Assembly: GCA_051294905.1 (NCBI GenBank)
Contig: CM119380.1
Coordinates: 20,956,001 to 21,020,000 of the forward strand
Source of the DNA: Botryllus schlosseri
Lineage: Eukaryota
Reading direction: 5' to 3'
DNA length: 64,000 nucleotides
Under the pieces are notes generated by a model. The model was not told the DNA's origin. It searched no databases and worked only from the letters and a program-made list of their open reading frames with translations. Shown in pieces: positions 51,293-64,000 of the stretch. Position numbers and translations under genes: made by a program. Each line of letters begins with the position of its first letter. The first letter of the stretch is position 1.

Positions 51293-52289
51293 TAGGGATG
51301 GTGTGAACCTCTGAAAGGTTCTGGTTCGTGTGAACGCGAACCTTTTTGAAAGGTTCTGTGTGAACGCGAACGTGAACCTCATGACGTCACGTGACGTCAT
51401 ATTGCTAATTCTAAACCTATCTTTCAATGAAGTGATAGCCTATATTAATGTACACGATACCGAGGGATGACTCGAGCCACATAATGCCACAGTGCTGAAG
51501 TATATATTGGCGTTTTAAACGTCGCTAAATGTATCAACCGCGGTAATCAAAGGATATAATGATCCCATAAAATCAATACATTCCGTCGCTTTGCCAACAA
51601 TTTCGACGAGGATTAACCTGGGAATATATGCTTACGCCTCAATGGTCTTAGCCAGACCAGACAATGTATTATCGGCCTCTGAGTATTGCTACATCATTGC
51701 TATTGAACAGAGTGTAAAACGGGTTTCTATACTCGCTACCAATACCGCAAACAACAACAAGTTATAGAACAGTAGCCAACACCTTAATCGCACGGATTTG
51801 GTTTAAATGAAACAGTGAAGATATGAAGTCAAGATTGGCCCCGTACGTCTGTTACATTTTTTACATCAGAAAACGATATCAATGTCATTGATTGTTTAAT
51901 AAGCATCATTCGCTGATTACGTATTTCGCTCGTGATGTTGTGTGATTGCGGGTCAAGCTCACAGCAGAGAGTCACTAAATATTCACAAACGGAAAGCTGG
52001 ATATTTCGAGCAAATTTTTGTAACAAAGCAAGTAAAACTTTTAAGATTGTTACGGTGCATGCTCGTTTAGTGTTGATTTGTTATGCTGCCAGCGCCATGC
52101 ATAGCTTGGCCCACCGTTGAAATGCAATAAATATGAATCAAAGATCTTATAATGAAATGAAATTTACAATTGACCAAAAAAGGTTCACAGTGCAGAACCT
52201 ACCAAGGTTCTGTTGTGAACGCGAACCTCTAAATTTCCGAGGTTCACACACAGAACGCGAACGTGAACCTCACGTTCACACCATCCCTA
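51293..52289. mobile_element. TAGGGATGG-family hAT element, uninterrupted 997-bp copy
   Basis: TIR TAGGGATGGTGTGAAC. Perfect TSD GTTGTTTA (51285-51292, 52290-52297). Confidence 0.94.
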
Positions 52290-52344
52290 GTTGTTTATTG
52301 TACGTATTTTGACGTTTATCGTCTATTCATGGTCAGTTGGTCAT

Positions 52345-52511
52345 TTGTGCCGTTTTTTTTTCTCCTCCATGCTATCCGTGATTGCTGAGCGCCTAGCAGG
52401 ATAGCTGCGGATACCATTTTTCGAGTCTTTGGTATGACCCGGCCGGGGATCGAACCCACGACCTACCGCTCGAGAAGCCGGACGCATAACCATTACACTA
52501 TCTCGCTCGGC
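52345..52511 (-). mobile_element. tRNA-derived SINE, family 1 (Meta-domain-like), full head
   Basis: GCCGAGCGAGATAGTGTAATGG (A box) ... GGGTTCGATCCCCGGCCGGGTCATACCAAAGACTCGAAAAATGGTATCC...CCTGCTAGGCGCTCAGCA. It directly abuts a family-2 SINE. Confidence 0.85.
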
Positions 52512-53094
52512 ATGGCTTTTCGTACGACACCGCATACGCAGTTGGGTCAGCGATGTGGAGCCCAGAGAAACATGGCAGAGCCGAGACTCGAACCAACAAC
52601 CATTGGTGTCGTGACGGCGCACTGCGCCAGTCGCCTCCCCTGCAAATCAGGTAAACGACACTATATAGTATAGGCCCACTGCATACTAGACAGTCTTCAT
52701 CTAAAAAAAAAAAATGAAAAATCTGAAAAAGCGTCGTCGTTTTGCAGAAATGTGGGTTAGAATTGGGATATCATTGAAAGATTTAGGGGTCCGTAATCTC
52801 GAAAATTTTCTGTTAGGGGACCGTAATTTAAAATTTGGCAACCACTGTCGTATAAAAAGGTGACCTCATCCTATCCTGTCTATTGCACGGCGAAGGCTCT
52901 GCTGTCAGTGATTGGTGATTGCTACACATTTCTTGGTGCTATAAATCAGAGCGAGAAGCCAGATTGCAACATAAACAGTATTTTTACAGTTACATGGAAC
53001 AAAACCGATAAAATTTTCCCGTTTTCATTGCACACCGATTTGAAAATTCCTGTAAAAATTCTCCTGCTCCGTACAACAATTGTCGTTCCCATCT

Positions 53095-54268
53095 TCAATT
53101 ATATAGCATATGCGTTGCCTTCGTGATTGTGATATTCTCTTTCGGCGACATATCATCCGCAACTTTCGACTGCTGGATTTTATTGATGACGTCCATACCT
53201 TAACAAGTGATGGTGTGGCAGTAAGTTAGAAAAGTGTAGGGCTGTGCAATCAGAGCATCATCATCAGAGCACATACCATCCATAACGTATCCGAAGGCGA
53301 CGTTAACCTTATCGTAACTTGGTACTTCGTGAGTCGTTACGTAAAATATTGAAGTCTTGTTGCTCTTTCGGTTGTTTTCCAAGCTCAGCATTCCGAGAAA
53401 TCCCGGTCCTGTATGCCGAACCGACAGGTTTTCCTTCTCGAAAGGCTGACCCAACGCACTCTTCCCGCCGCTACCGTCTCCCTCGGTAATATCGCCACCC
53501 TGTTGAATGTTTAGCAGTAATCGCATATCAGTAAAGAAGCGAAAAATGGTGGGTTTTGTTATAGTGAGGTTATTTTACACTAATACAAAACAGAGTCATC
53601 CAAGAATAACCTCGCAAATTAATGCCCGCATTCGTTTAGATTTGCACGTTTGCAGGTGACATAGACCTGTCGCAACAAAGTACAGCCGCACAATCAGAAT
53701 AAGACGAACCCACCATAATTGCGTGCATCGGAAGAATCATGTGGATCCTTGATCCTTTGTATCCAAAGCCTTTCTCATGAGTTGACAGCATAATGAAATT
53801 TTTCGTCGTTAGAGGGCACGTCGATCCAAATAGTCCGAATTCAACGGCACCCAAGTCTTTTCCATTTTGAGTGAACTTGAACCTGATCTATTGTTTATAA
53901 AATAGATTAGTAGGTGCACTAAATGAAACTGGGACCCATCAACTGACCACATCTGTAATCGGCGGAAGATCTTTGAACGGGTCCGTACTCTCTACCGCAA
54001 AATATAGCGTTGACAGCATTAACGACACCACCAGAACCACCGCTAATAAGATCGAATGTTTTTCCAATTCTCCAGCTATATCTGCTTTCAGGTCATCCCA
54101 GTACCTTTGCGAAGCGGACTTTGTGACTTTTGGCTCCCTATTGGTTATTACTCGTTTCGAGGCATTCCCTTTTTTATTCGATTTTTGTTTCTTTGCCGAC
54201 TTTCTTGCCTTCAGGTGCTCATTTTTACGACTCTCCTGGCGGTGACTTGCAGAGTCTTTTCCTTCCAT
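53095..54268 (-). CDS. Membrane-anchored cyclophilin-B-like protein with a degenerate PPIase site, 4 exons, 273 aa
   Basis: Exons 54268-53948, 53887-53714, 53499-53277, 53198-53095, GT-AG and in phase. Lys/Arg-rich N-terminus, TM segment ILLAVVLVVSLMLSTLYFAV, then FGLFG..CP.T..NF, EKGFGYKGS, GGD...GDGSGGKS, F..EN...HTGPG, V.FGYVMDGMDVI. Confidence 0.88.
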
Positions 54269-55259
54269 CGTGCTCCTCCACCGCGAAATCGCCCATCCAC
54301 TGTGGCGTTTCAAATCAACTAGCTGCACAGCTGGCACTACATACCTTACCAACGTCAACAAATCCTTACCAGCATCGCCACGTAAAACAACAGCCCAGTA
54401 CACGTCGGCAGCATTCTACTCGTGCGAGTGCATTGCGGCACTTGGTAATACATGTATATGATGGCTATTGCACTACCAAACTATATGTTGATATTGCTGT
54501 GATACTTATCAGTTATAGAACGCTAAGAAAGCTGTAGTATAATATTGGTTGTTCATTACCAGTCCGTAGATGCCACAAATTGATGTCTGTACCAAGTAGG
54601 CATACCGTTGGGAATATGCATATTTCTCATGAAAATCGAATGTAACGTTCGACAGCTTTCCCCTGTTGCCCGACTAACGTTCAGTCAGCACATACTTATT
54701 ACAGAATCTAGGATCACGCATGATGCTGCAGCTTGCTCATGCAGCTTTGTATACTCAACCGCCTGCAAGTTGCGGCCTAACAGGACAACCCTAACCTATT
54801 CTCTGCATCATAAATACCACACCCGCCAACTGCAGTTCCACTAAACATCCACATATGACGCAAGTGCTACCAATGACGAGCTCCGACGCAAAATAAATAG
54901 TAAATATATATTTGGGAGCCAAACACGCAGCTCCAAACTGCATCGTCATATATCAGCCATCGGATATAAAGTAATCTCATCAAGAATTGCTACATCGCAA
55001 ACTACAAAGTCATGAGACACTGCATTTTTAAAAACATAAACAACCTCAAATGTCCAGGGTAAGCGGCAGAGATGATCTGGTAAAACAAGGAAATCAGATA
55101 CCGGAAGAGCGCACAGATAGTGTGTATGTCAGATGGTAGTTCAAAATGAAAAAATAAAAAAAGACAAGCTAATGACATAGCAATAGTCTCAGCTCGCCCG
55201 TATAGCCTAGGGTTCATTTCATAAGATACGAGAACCTCACGAGATAAACTCGTATTTCA

Positions 55260-58200
55260 TCAAGACAGCTTTCCCATTGAGAATTTCTTGTACATCTCAG
55301 TGGCGGAGAATATAAAAGAGTCCACGATGCCGGCGACAGTAAACGTACCCCCGATGATCGCACATACCTGAAACAGTACGCAAACGATATTGGCGAAAGA
55401 TACTGTCGATTAACTTGACTACCACAGGCGCGTTGTGGGCAAGCATTTCAATTATTCTTATTTCAAACGAGCTGACGTCTTGGAACATCATAAGGTAGCG
55501 AAGTTGTGACACTATTAAAAACCACGCCTGTGGCAACAAGGCCGATGAATATCGATATCGCATTTCTGTACAGTACTTGTACAATGTACCGTACATTGTT
55601 AATGGAGCAAGCAAATAATCAGCAAGCAATACAATGCCATACGCGCAGCAGAGTGACAATCATGATACGTGCTTGGCGAGTAATTCAAAGCAAAATAATC
55701 ACACAAAGCCTGCCGGTGTTTTACAGCAAACTACTGCTTTTTTAGACTATTTCGTCTTTCTCTTCGTTTTTAAGCACCACTACTTACTTTATTCGCTTTT
55801 CATTTTGAAAAATAGGAAGTAGTTATGTGATAAGCTTCCATTGCATTTATGAGTGTCGAGGGAACAGCGCGAAATGGCCACTGTAACTGAATATACTTCT
55901 TAAAATCGCGCCTATGAGTACATTGAGTAGTGTCATTCGTCATTTTGTGCAGTATGAAAAGATATATCCTGCAATTTCTAAAGCAGCTACCACTGATTAA
56001 CTGCTAAAAGTCTACGACACAATATCAAATCTACGTTATTCAACTAAACACTTCAATCTACTTCCTCTTGAAGAAGTTTTGACATCTCTTGGAAATTCCA
56101 ACTTCTACTTGGTGAGCATAAATTCACATTACTTCTACTTCAGTAACAGTACCGGCTACCTTTGACTACCTCTGCATACTTATTTCATTGATCTATTTCT
56201 TGCACAATCACAGAAATGAATCCATCTCTTTTTCTCTCCAACTTAGAATCGGAACGACAACAGCTTTCTGCCTATCTAGACACTAAATATGCCAAACACC
56301 AGTTCTTACCATCGTTATAAAATGATAGAAGGGTTGGCGTCGCTCTTTATAGCTTACAGTGATCGGCATGAGCTCGTACTTGAACCATATCGCGGGCATC
56401 ATCCTATGTCCGTGACCGTAAGCCATATAATTCTAGGAAGAAAAATATCACCTTTTAGTATCAGCTCAACATCAAATTGGAGACGACCAACACTCTTCTT
56501 TGCAACTGAATCAGAGGCAAGCACGAGAAATCCCTACCTTGTACGCAGACGTGTACTGGTAAGCGTACTGCATGCGGCCTCCCAAGTTTTCGTAGACGGT
56601 TGGCACGATTTTCATGATGTAGTCATGAGATGACAAGGCTGCAATGAACGGCGATAGTGAAAAATTTCATGACTTAACAGCTCAAAATCGACAGCCAATC
56701 TATTTTCTGTGACCGTTTATGATCGATGGTGGACCACTGGTCGGTCACACCCAGATTTGTGGAACGCAAACAAAAAATCCGAATAAAGTCGATCCGATGA
56801 AAATCTAGAACAGGGGCAAAAAAATGGAAGTTAAAGTAGTATACATGCCAAACTACTTGAGTAAGTGGATAAAACCTACTCGAACACTACAGAACAGTGA
56901 AAAGCTAAGGATACTGATGACTTTTACTCTTTAGGGATGCGATAAAGATGTGTAGCGCTTGATACGGTGGCGATGAGAACCACGGGATTAGAATATTCCA
57001 GCCAGTAACGGCCTCACAAATATTCTGTGGGGAAAAAATCAACCTATAATTGAATAATACATTCATATTGAGACTCCAATTTTGGTGATACAGCTATCAA
57101 TGTACAAAGTTATTTTGAATGCTATACTAGTTGCTGACGAATGTCAGTCAAAATACTCAAGTTTATTTTAAAATGAATACATTATTTAATTGCGCAGTGA
57201 AGTTCTGTACCTTCAAGGGTATCTTCTAGCTACGCATTTTACTTTACTTTAGTTTTTCCAACTACCACCGTCAAGTCAAGAATATTGTGTCCGTTCAATT
57301 GAATGCACTAGAGTGAAAATTTTGGGCGGATAAGCGTAAGATCAAATATTACTCGTTTAACGAAAAGTAAATGAATGCATGATCGGTGAAAATAGACTCT
57401 ATAATCAGGTTAAATCTCATTTTGAACTTGCCGTGCTGGTTCAAGTTGTTCTTCCCATTTAACGAGGTAAACGCGCGCGATTTGCTGCTGACGGTCTGTA
57501 ACACAACGTACTATTGTCACACATCAATTCCTTAAATCTAACGACACATATGTGACTGAGAATCATGGACGAGGCGATAGGCAGATATATACGAGGGTGG
57601 TTAATTACAAGAGTACCGTAGGTTATTTGACATGCAGGTGTCGAAATTTCGAAAATTCGAAATTTCATGCTGGTGACGTCATATTTTGTGATACGATTGT
57701 TGATATACAATGTTCTTTCCAATTCTCTACTAGTTGCTGACGATTACCCCTGACGAGTGTCAGCCGAAAATATTCGGGTTCATTTCAATATGAATATACT
57801 ATTTAATGATCATATTCTGCAAACAAAGAGCAGGTATATTGGGTGACAGCTCGACCGAGTGACTGGTCAGTAACAAACTAAAAACCCTAACCTAACCCCC
57901 ATCAGTTCAATGGTAACATGAATTTATGAACACAATGCAAGTACAACAGACACTGAGTTGACCCAATATTACTTAAATCAGTGGTTCCCAACCTTTTTTC
58001 GGTGTCAGGGCCAAATTTCGAATTTCAGAGTACGGTCGGGGTCGCACGAATACCAGGGCAATGAAACGGACCCAAAATAGGCATCCAAATATGAAAATAT
58101 GCATTGTTCCGATCAATCGCTTGACGCCATTGGCCATTGTTGTGATAATTGTAATTGTGTTGCTGCGCTCCAATTGTTCAGAACAATCGACCTTTGGTGG

Positions 58201-61199
58201 CTATTTCGGAGTAGTTTTATTGCCTATCAAATTATTGGGACGCTTCGGTCCTGAGCCTTAGGACAACCAATTATGCTGCCTTCAGGGCGGTTTAGTAAGT
58301 CACCTTTGATCGCCTATAGACGCACGAAGCGCGAATATTTTCTACAATTCCTGATTGAATCGGTCAATATGATCGGGAGTTGCATTTATATTGCCATGAA
58401 TTTTCATCCACTATCTGCTCACGTTATCAGTTTTACAGGTAGAGCCGAGGGAGGTGTGTTTGAAAAGTTAGGGCTCCTCAATAATAATTAAACATCTTTG
58501 GGCGTATACTGGTTGCCAGGAACGAAACAGCACTTCGTCACCCCCCCCCCCCCAAAAAAAATGAACTTTGGTCTTGGGCTCCCATAGGGTGATAAACCTA
58601 CTCCTGTCACCTTGTTCGCTTTTGCCACGAAACTAGTTGTACTGCTTAGTGAGCCAGCTAGAAGCGCGAACATTTTCGATTATTCATGATAAAATAGGTC
58701 AATATGATGGGGAATCGCATATATATTCCTATCAATTTGTTGTCCTGTCTGCTCACATTGGGGGTTTGGCGTGTCGCAGTTATGGTCCTGTCTTTACCTA
58801 TATCTATACTATAGCTACTGCTCGTTCAACTGGAAAGTTATGGCACATTGCATTGAAACAACAGTGACGTAACGATAACAGTCTACTCATGACTTTCCTG
58901 CAATATTAATTAAAATCTCAAGACTCCAAGCCAAGCAAGGGTACTTCATAAATATAAATTTTGTTTTTGTCATAACTCGATTTCTTAATATTTTTGGAAG
59001 CCGCAAGAAGGCTACCTGGGGGCCGCGGTTGGGAATCACCGATTTAGATAAATATTTCGGATGTGGAAGACAGATCACTCACCTCAATTTTCTCCCCGAA
59101 TCTTAAAGTTCGAATTTCATGCGTCATATCGGGATTTTGCGGTTGACTGGCCGCGCTGTGGGTCGAAACATGGAAATTCCCGGGAACCTAAAATGGATGC
59201 GACAGTACATGGAAAACCTTTTAATATAAGCCATAACTATTACATTTGCAATCTAAAACTAGTGGTCTGAAAGTACTCGGCCTGTGAAATGATAGGGACG
59301 AAGCCCTTCATAATGCATCTCCGTGACTAACAAAAAATGGCCGATATTAGTGCATTAATATTGATACGAATCTATCCACAACTTGATTATACGTTCGATG
59401 GGTGCGAAACAATATAAAAACTGCAAGTAAAAGGAGATACACTGTCGCTGAAAATCATCAAGTTTCTCTAGATGTCCATAGATCAGAGCAGTTAGAAGTA
59501 CTTGTATAGGTATACGAACCTTATTGAGTTTGAATGAAGACGTGAATAAGCAGCCTTCGCCCCCATTCACAGGTATTTTATCTGTGTTTTCGACAAAACC
59601 AACCTCGTGCCTGCCCATTTCATCTTGGATGTCAACGCCAACATCTAAATCGCAAAACAAATGAACATTATCAAGCAGATTGAAGCTTACTAATAAATTC
59701 AACTCACATTCGCAACGTAATTTGGGCAGAAATATTTCCAAGAATACGGGGATGGTGTCGCCAGACTCAGGATCGTCGACATACAATTCATTGGACCTTT
59801 TAATAAAGAAAAATAATCAAAGAGAGGTAGGTGACACCAAGCAGTCTGGTGAAATGTGACATTATCATGGAATAGACGAGGTACAAGATTGAAAATCATA
59901 CTTACACTTCAACATCTAGGAAGCTAGCGAGTTCTGATATAAATAAGAAGAACATGAACATACATCCGATGACAGATACTGAAATGTAAAAGATGTGCTT
60001 TTAAATTTATGGACAGAATGCCACATGGCGAGATAGGCATTACTTATGGCTCCTGCGGTCGTAGGTTGTGTTAAATCTTTCGGAACTTTCCTATAGATAT
60101 CCAATCTGAAATTAAAAACATTGGTTTTGAGTTTCAAGCGATGCATAAGATCATAACATGGAAACCATATGTCAGCGGCTTACAACAGGTGAGCATAGCT
60201 CACAAAAGCATCCAAGGTGGACTTCATCTCTTTGAAAATTTGTGAAGTTTGTGAAAAGTATAAGTTTGATTTATTTCAATACGAGTTTATTCTTTTGTTC
60301 CAGCATCCATTCAGTTCAGTTCCGTTTATTAGCAATTTTTATCGAGTTTGATACTCCACAAAAATGCGATACAATGAAAAAGATAGGAAGGTGTTGAAAG
60401 GACTCTCGAGTAGTCTTTGGTATCAGACACCCACCTTCGCCTACGGCGATGTAAAGAGGAGGCATGCACACTGAATGAAAAGTAAAGAAGATAATATAAT
60501 AACAACTAACAAGTGACAAAAAATGGGGTGGCGTGTCACGGCCACGGCCCACGGGAGGCGAGATCGATAGGTCAGGTCATGGTCCGGTAATCTTGAGAGC
60601 GGACAAGTATTTTAGTAGAAATTGCTTGTATTATGACTTGAATGTGGACATGCTCGTAAACTGTCGGATGGCCTTCGGGATACTGTTATACACGTCAGGT
60701 TCGGCATATTTATATTTATATTACAAAATTTACTTCACCTCACTGCAAGTTTTTTGACGACCGCTTAATCAGGAGCAAACGTGGGTAACCGAATTTTCAA
60801 ATACCGTGTCACTGCGACATTAATCATGACAAGCAAACAGACCCGGGAATCGGGAATCACAAAATTTATTGCGCGATGAGTTAAGGTTTGTGGTACAGCA
60901 TGCACTGTGTGTGTACTCTGTACAGATTTGAAATGGGCTAATGAATGGTTTATTCGCATAAGGGGCGATACACAATGCTTATAAATTCACCAGTAATAAA
61001 GTGTGGTCTATTATCGCACACCGCAGTTGTGTATCAATAAGTCGGGGTGATCCTATTTACTTAGCAGCTACGATACCGCCGAACTGCATGACGCGTGGCG
61101 CAGTGACACGTATACCACTTGCCAGTAGCTATCCTATCAACTTAAAGATGACTTCGGTTCAAGAAGACTGATTACCCACCTGCGAAAGTCAAACGGCAT
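55260..61199 (-). CDS. ERGIC1: ER-Golgi intermediate compartment protein 1 (ERGIC-32), 10 exons, 289 aa
   Basis: Exons 61199-61180, 60105-60044, 59978-59906, 59796-59708, 59644-59520, 59187-59083, 57495-57432, 56638-56538, 56432-56310, 55367-55260. MPFDFRRLDIYRKVPKDLTQPT, DIQDEMGRHEVG, VPGNFHVSTHS, CAIIGGTFTVAGI. Confidence 0.96.
57979..59041. mobile_element. Older non-autonomous hAT element in ERGIC1 intron 6
   Basis: Ends CAGTGGTTCCCAACC / GGTTGGGAATCACCG. Flanks ACTTAAAT/ATTTAGAT (6/8). Confidence 0.7.
60305..60720 (-). mobile_element. Microsatellite-tailed retroelement family copy in ERGIC1 intron 1
   Basis: Inverse match to ~6690-7080, with an (AACTG)n-type tail at 60305-60325. Confidence 0.7.
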
Positions 61200-63176
61200 A
61201 ATGATCCGTCGCAACAGGTCGCAGCCAAACAGCACTCAGACACCGGTAGACCACGAATATATCAATATCAAAATAGTAACCACTAATCAGCTACAACACG
61301 GACCGCTTGTTTTTCTTTCTGGTTTTATATTTGGGTATTACCGCTACTTGTTACGCACCAATGATTGTTAGTAAACGTGGCCAACTGGCCAACGAGACTG
61401 ACGAATCCGGAGATGATTTGCATTCAGTTCAGTTTAAAAAATTCATCTTATCAATACCCAACAACATTGCGATGCAATGAAAAGATAGGAAGGTGTCCAA
61501 ACGACTTGAAGTAGTCTTTGGAATCAGACACCAGGCCGCGGCGATGCAAAGAAGAGGCGATGTACATTACATCCTTGCGCAATGCGCATTGTATAGATAG
61601 TATTAGAATAGAGACAAAAATGAGATGGCATGTGAAGAAATGCAGGGTCTATAGGGATATGACGTTGTATATTGTTGTCCTTGATGCTGACGATATATCA
61701 GATCGTGGTCCGGTAATCTCGAGCGCTGACTAGTATTTTTCCTGTCAAAATCTGTGTGCATTACTATGCAAATACAACCAGGTTTCTACAAATAATATTA
61801 TTTGGTTCCCTTTGCCAATGATGTATATATATCATTGCCTTTGCTATCACGTCTATTGTCCTACTAAAAAAATCCAACCTCTCAGCTATAGACCAATCTA
61901 ATCTAATCTAATCTATAACAGACCTGGGCAAAGTGCTACCCGCGAAGACATTCTGTGCGGCCTGCGAAAGTTTTCTTGGAATTCATAACAATAAACCGGC
62001 TTTTCGAATGTTGATGCGTGGACTAAAACCATATAGGCTGTATCAATTAAGCAGGATATTCGTTTACTTTGAAGTATGTTTATTGCAATGATATATATAC
62101 GAAATTGCTGCCCTAATCATTGAGTGTCAACCTTGAGACTTGGCACAGCGTTCGATACTAAAATCAAGACATACCATGTAAAAGTTCATGACGGATCTAG
62201 CTAAGGAGCATCGTTAAAATCAATGGAGACCAATACCGGCTTTGCGTGAAATATGTTTGCGATACATGACCGATCAGCACACACTCGACTTTGGAAACGG
62301 AATTACTACCCTAAACTTTGAGTAGAAACCCTGAAACTTAGGACAGTGTTAAATACCACCATCACGACATGACATACCAAGTTTCAAGAATTATCATGGT
62401 GTGAAACACCATCAAAATCGACCTGTACCAGCAACGGTCGACTCAACGCATATCACGGTATCCGAGTTCAGATATAGATACGATTGTTACATCACACCTT
62501 AGGGGCGAGCAAGCATATTTGCCCCGGTTGCTCGGCCATTTTACGAATAGGAGAGAGTAAAGCAACGTTTCCTAATTGTGCGCAGCTTTGAGAGAATAGA
62601 TAGTGAAAGCTTGTTATGAGCGCTACCGGGGCAAGCCCCGGCTAGGCATTCACAAAGCGAAAACACAGAAGAGAATTCGATTTTCGCGGAGACTTCGCTA
62701 TGTATGGGCATTTGCAAGCGAAAGCACAAGAAGAACGCGGGTTTCGCTGTGATCTCGATATATATTGAGCGCTGTGCGTCTATAAATGGTTAAATTGTTA
62801 TTGAACAGAATTTTAGGTGGGGCAATGCCCCAGTTGCCCTATAGGACGAGCCGCCACTGTATATACCATATATATACCATATATATCATTGGTTTATTGA
62901 TATCTCACGATTATGCTGCCTACTTATCTACCTCTCATTCGTAATCCATATTCAAAATAAAGGCTATGTGGGAAAGTATAAGTACCAATAAAATTCATAA
63001 GAAATCACTCTTTCCATGCAGTTTAGCTCAAACCTTATTTGTTGCCATTGTCACATTATGCGGTATGTGTTTCAAGTTGTTACCTAGGCGTTTCCAAATC
63101 CCTAATTCGTAAAACAAGTCAATCAGTGCTCGCGATTACTAGGCCTATATGACTCATGATATCTATCACCCATAAA

Positions 63177-64000
63177 CAGGCCGTGTTATTTTGGCATTTC
63201 AGGAGCCAGATGCCAAAACTGCCAAAAATAAAAATTTGAAAATTCCAAAAATAAGCAATTTTTGGCATATGCTAAAAATAACCCGGCCTGTCAAATAGTG
63301 TATCCCTTCATGGTGTTGTGTTAACAGGACCGCGTTACAAGCGAGAAGAGCGTTTGTGATAGGCAGGTTTCTTAATCTTGGTCCAGCCCACCCATTAAGG
63401 GTGAAAGCATGGTGTCCTAAATGGTGTGGGCACAGCGAGATTCAACGGCTGACTGCATTTGGTTTACGTCATACTTTCCATTTGTCCAAAGGCAATTTGA
63501 CGACCATTTTTCACCGGCTTGTCGAGCGCTAAATTTGATAAAACGGGTATCAATGAGAAGCTGCCGCAGTACTGATTATTAAAATATAAATTATATTCTA
63601 CTCACGGAACTGGAACCCCCAAAATCAACCACGATTTTTGCATTGTGATCGAGTTGAACATTGTGACGCAACAAACTGTCTGGCTATTTCTGAGCTGCAT
63701 AGTCTCGTGTTTGCCACACAGTCTTGTTGCGTCAATGTTCTTAAGCTAACCTTCCCATCAGGACTCTTCCCTGATAGTTGGTAATATTAAAGCCACCTGA
63801 AGTGACAAAAGTCCTCCGAATATATATCGGTAGACTGAAGGAGAAATGATAGTCGGGCTACTAAATAGAATGTGTTGAGAGACAACTGACAACACAGGAA
63901 ACTCCTGAAAAAGGATCGGGAAGAAAATTCTTTCCGCGATGAGATCGATGGCACTGTCGAAGTGATCTCTTTTCGTGATGCAATGGTAGCCGGTTCGGCC
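63177..64000 (+). mobile_element. Second CAGGCCGTG-family element, truncated by the window end
   Basis: Closely matches the reverse complement of 28998 down to ~28170, including the start of the transposase remnant from ~63795. Confidence 0.92.

Noticed and set aside
47458-52289. Recurrent GTGAACGCGAA repeats as a CRISPR-like array
   Set aside because: They are subterminal repeats of hAT elements with TIRs and TSDs; no regular repeat-spacer period and no cas genes.
54268-55260. ERGIC1 and the cyclophilin-like gene as a trans-spliced operon
   Set aside because: About 1 kb separates them and no clear pyrimidine-rich unpaired acceptor precedes the ATG; untestable without SL-seq data.

Overview
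Eukaryotic, intron-containing animal DNA, most consistent with an invertebrate chordate such as an ascidian (inference from the gene set, 64-78 bp minimal introns and a SAM-less p53/p73 gene). No prokaryotic features or CRISPR array. Seven protein genes were assembled by hand with frame-consistent splice sites: UQCR10 (-), an 11-exon SLC22 transporter (-), RPL26 (+), a RhoJ/RhoQ-like GTPase (+), a p53/p63/p73-family gene (-, next to a 650-N gap), a membrane-anchored cyclophilin-B-like protein (-) and ERGIC1 (-). Introns and intergenic DNA hold many non-autonomous hAT elements with 8-bp TSDs, several nested and three carrying transposase C-terminal remnants. There is also a foldback-type element, two tRNA-derived SINE families and a microsatellite-tailed retroelement family. 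Top leads: (1) a cyclophilin with essentially every PPIase active-site residue replaced, behind a basic tail and TM helix; (2) a DeltaN-like 11-codon first exon of the p53-family gene with two perfect p53 half-sites, suggesting autoregulation; (3) a hAT family whose transposase remnant resembles, from memory, a group best known from oomycetes.
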